Below are positions 37,531 through 39,939 of a stretch of 39,939 bases of DNA, one piece after another. The translations under genes were made by a program, and so were the position numbers. The stretch comes from Candidatus Zixiibacteriota bacterium. Its GTDB lineage: Bacteria; Zixibacteria; MSB-5A5; UBA10806; 4484-95. Position 1 is the first letter of the stretch; each line of letters starts with the position of its first letter. The notes beneath the pieces were generated by a model, which searched no databases, was not told where the DNA came from, and was given only the letters and a program-made list of their open reading frames with translations. The stretch covers positions 1,790-41,728 of the forward strand of contig JAOZPT010000018.1 in assembly GCA_029932605.1 (NCBI GenBank). Direction: 5' to 3'.

Positions 37531-37593
37531 TTATTTTATAATATTTAAAAAACTTCCCTTCTCCGGCAACAACTTCCCCGGATTCAAGATATT
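37531..37593 (-). pseudogene. Orphan second copy of the 3' end of the GlcD-like oxidase gene
   Basis: Translates as NILNPGKLLPEKGSFLNIIK*. 37562..37592 is 29/31 identical to 38428..38458 (ILNPGKLLPE). Confidence 0.75.
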
Positions 37594-37601
37594 ACACTTT
37601 C

Positions 37602-37689
37602 GTAGAACGGCCATCCTGGCCATTATCATCCTATATTTATGTGACACCATTATAGCCATTATCCTCCACTGGCGAGACGCCAGTGTTAC
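37602..37689. repeat. Inverted REP pair downstream of the RAYT
   Basis: GTAG-AACGGCCA-TCC-TGGCCATT (37602..37624) and CACTGGCG-AGA-CGCCAGTG-TTAC (37667..37689). The spacer region carries a direct repeat GCCATTATC(A/C)TCC. Confidence 0.75.
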
Positions 37690-37690
37690 A

Positions 37691-38380
37691 TTAACCCAAA
37701 CCATTATTTATATTACTAATACATCCACACCACCGCCATTTATCCATCCCCGCCTTCTCCGGATTATAGTAAGTATATTCAATGCATCGTTTCAAGTCTT
37801 TCTCATCCCGAATAAGGTGGTCATAGTATTCAGGCTGCCAGAAACGTCCCCCCCGTTTGAGAATTTTATTGGCTCTTTTTGCCGTAAATGACTTCCATGA
37901 ATGCAGAATGTCAGAAAGGTTATACCCAGATTCTGGCCGCACGACAACATGAACATGGTTGGGCATCACAGACCAGGCAAAAAGGAAATAACGATTACCA
38001 TCAAAGTGACATAGAGCATTAGCAACCATTTCAGCGATTTCAGGATTTTTCAAATGACATGCACCCCTTCCTGAGTCCAGATAACGATCGAACTTTCTGG
38101 AGAATAATTTGTTTATGCTTTTATTTTCAACCGAAGTAGGGGTTTTGTCTGATTTTTTAATGGTTTTTATGATATCTTTCCTCTGGGCCTTAAGTGATCT
38201 GACAACGTATCGGGGAAGTGAATCTGCAAGGCGGAAAGTAACGAAATAAACGCCTCCTTCTATTTCCCAATGTGGAAGATAGGCGCCGCGACGAAAACAA
38301 GCTTTTAAACCATGGTTCACCGGCGAGACGCCAGTGCCACGAGTTCCTGAGTTACTTTTATTATCGGAGATTAAGTTCAT
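37691..38380 (-). CDS. REP-associated tyrosine transposase (RAYT, Y1 HUH family)
   Basis: LPHW...G..YFVTFRLADSLP, VMPNHVH (HUH), WKSFTA, FWQPEYYDHLIRDE and Y..YNP (catalytic Tyr). It is flanked by REPs. Confidence 0.9.
   Translation of the reverse strand: MNLISDNKSNSGTRGTGVSPVNHGLKACFRRGAYLPHWEIEGGVYFVTFRLADSLPRYVVRSLKAQRKDIIKTIKKSDKTPTSVENKSINKLFSRKFDRYLDSGRGACHLKNPEIAEMVANALCHFDGNRYFLFAWSVMPNHVHVVVRPESGYNLSDILHSWKSFTAKRANKILKRGGRFWQPEYYDHLIRDEKDLKRCIEYTYYNPEKAGMDKWRWCGCISNINNGLG
38318..38340 (-). repeat. REP at the 5' end of the RAYT
   Basis: The minus strand reads GTGG-CACTGGCG-TCT-CGCCGGTG, nearly identical to the 37667..37689 copy. Confidence 0.75.
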
Positions 38381-38417
38381 TTTGTTTTCTTTATGATATC
38401 CTTACTTATTATCAATC

Positions 38418-39827
38418 TCAGTTTACTTCCGGCAACAGCTTCCCCGGATTTAAGATATCATTCGGGTCAAACACTTGCTTTATCTTTCGCATCAGCTCAA
38501 GTTCGGTCTTTGATAATGCCAGTGGTAAATAGCGTTTCTGAACCCAGCCGATACCATGTTCTCCTGATATTGTGCCTCCAAGTTTGACCACCTCGGTGAA
38601 AAGCTCGGTGATTACTCTGGGAAGCTCATTCTGCCAGCGTTCTTCGCTGATATCCTTCTTGATGATATTGCAGTGGATATTGCCATCACCGGCATGGCCA
38701 TAGCTTATGGTGGTGATATTATATTTATGGCTTATCTCTTTGATTTTTTCAACTAAAGCGGGCAGATTACTTCTTGGAACCACCGTATCTTCCTCTTTGT
38801 ATGGAGCGATATCTTTTACCGCCTCGCCGATTATTTTACGCATCTCCCACAAGAATGCCTGTTTTTCGGGGTTATCAGCGATAAAGACATCGACTGCACC
38901 ACCCCTAAGGCATATCTCGCCTATTTTCTCGGCTTGTTTTTCAAGTACATCAGAATAGCTACCATCGATCTCTATTAAAAGCAAAGCCTCAGAATCAGAA
39001 TAGGGGAACTTTTTCTGGTGTTTATCCTCAGCCGTTTTAATAGCGGATTTTTCTATAAACTCCGTCGCCGAGGGGATGATCCGCGCAGTGAAAATCTTCG
39101 TCAGGGTTTTAACCGCATCGCCAAGGGAATCAAACGGCACAAGCATCGTCTGTCGATATTCAGGTTGTGGCAGTATCTTAACAATAATTTCGGTGACAAC
39201 GGCTAACGTCCCCTCCGAGCCAACCAATAGCTGGGTCAAATTATAGCCAGAGACGTTCTTAAGAAGCTTCCCGCCACTTGAAAATATCCTGCCATCGGGA
39301 AGTACAGCCGTTAAGCCATAGACATAATCCTTGGTAACACCGTATTTAACCGCCCGTGGTCCGCCGGAGTTTTCTGCAATGTTACCACCCATAAGACAGG
39401 AATCCCGGGAGGCTGGATCGACAGGGTAAAACAACCCCACCTTCTCAAGCTCCTCCTGGAAAACACAGGTGATAACACCCGCCTCAATAGTGGCCATCAT
39501 GTTATCGACATCGATTTCAATAATGCGGTTCATGCGCTCCAGCGACAAAACTACACCACCATAAACGGCAAGTGCTCCACCGGAGAGCCCCGTGCCTCCA
39601 CCACGAGGTGTCACCGGTATGAGATTATCATTGCAAAGCTTTAATACCTCTGATACTTGTTTAGTGGTCTGGGGTTTGACCACCACCTCAGGGTAAAATG
39701 ATAAATCCTCCGTCTCGTCGTGGGAATATGGCTCAAGGTCGAATTTATCAGTAAGGACAAATCCCTGGCCAATTATCTTTTTAAGCTCACTGATTATTTT
39801 TCCGTTTATTTGATTGTATCTTCCCAT
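38418..39827 (-). CDS. FAD-linked oxidase, GlcD / D-2-hydroxyacid dehydrogenase family
   Basis: Motifs PRGGGTGLSGG, GGNIAENSGG...KYGVT.DYV, GYNLTQL.VGSEGTL, GHAGDGNIH, GEHGIG and DP..ILNPGK. Confidence 0.9.
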   Translation of the reverse strand: MGRYNQINGKIISELKKIIGQGFVLTDKFDLEPYSHDETEDLSFYPEVVVKPQTTKQVSEVLKLCNDNLIPVTPRGGGTGLSGGALAVYGGVVLSLERMNRIIEIDVDNMMATIEAGVITCVFQEELEKVGLFYPVDPASRDSCLMGGNIAENSGGPRAVKYGVTKDYVYGLTAVLPDGRIFSSGGKLLKNVSGYNLTQLLVGSEGTLAVVTEIIVKILPQPEYRQTMLVPFDSLGDAVKTLTKIFTARIIPSATEFIEKSAIKTAEDKHQKKFPYSDSEALLLIEIDGSYSDVLEKQAEKIGEICLRGGAVDVFIADNPEKQAFLWEMRKIIGEAVKDIAPYKEEDTVVPRSNLPALVEKIKEISHKYNITTISYGHAGDGNIHCNIIKKDISEERWQNELPRVITELFTEVVKLGGTISGEHGIGWVQKRYLPLALSKTELELMRKIKQVFDPNDILNPGKLLPEVN

Positions 39828-39939
39828 ACCAAAAACCTTAGATTACTGCCTTATTGAATTAACATCGCCCCGGCAATCCGGTCAAATAAAATCTTGATTA
39901 GAAGTGGTAATTCTTATAAACTTATCTTCAAACAAGGAG

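Larger units (their letters stand above)
37593..38427 (-). mobile_element. RAYT-REP cassette between direct repeats of the oxidase 3' end
   Basis: The segment is bounded by the 31-bp imperfect direct repeat and contains the Y1 transposase and three REP palindromes. Confidence 0.6.

Noticed and set aside
37520..37891. 123-aa plus-strand ORF
   Set aside because: It is antisense to the RAYT and runs across REPs and the duplicated oxidase end.
37691..38380. IS200/IS605 element
   Set aside because: There is no tnpB, and the motifs (YFVTFRLADSLP, FWQ.EYYDH.IR) and GTAG-type REPs fit a RAYT rather than an IS200 TnpA.
39882..39939. Possible 3' end of an upstream minus-strand gene (SLFEDKFIRITTSNQDFI*)
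   Set aside because: Too short to support at the window edge.

Overview
A 39.9-kb, AT-rich bacterial chromosomal window. The protein repertoire (cohesin-like and dockerin-like secreted proteins, QNYPNPFN...K-type C-terminal tails) suggests an FCB-affiliated lineage such as candidate phylum Zixibacteria; this assignment is inference only. The left two-thirds encode a large secretome. There are five proteins with cohesin-like modules, three of them paralogous cohesin-Ig-cohesin-dockerin scaffold-like proteins. There are also a dockerin-bearing beta-helix protein, BNR/VPS10-like and LVIVD beta-propeller proteins, a lipoprotein and a bactofilin-like membrane protein. A translationally coupled GAF-PAS histidine kinase / Hanks kinase-degenerate STAND-TPR pair converges on an unannotated 25-aa peptide gene (4403..4480, MEEIILEIEELEERVAPAGYAGGGL) that has its own promoter, RBS and terminator. 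The right part is mostly housekeeping: hppA, a UgtP-like GT28, panD, a half-length glmU, LytR_C, rsfS, rho, an NDUFA9-like SDR, a UvrD/AdnB-like helicase-nuclease and a GlcD-like FAD oxidase. It also holds a RAYT tyrosine transposase with REP palindromes, bounded by a 31-bp duplication of the oxidase 3' end. No rRNA, tRNA or CRISPR array was seen. All family assignments come from motif recognition by eye, not database searches.
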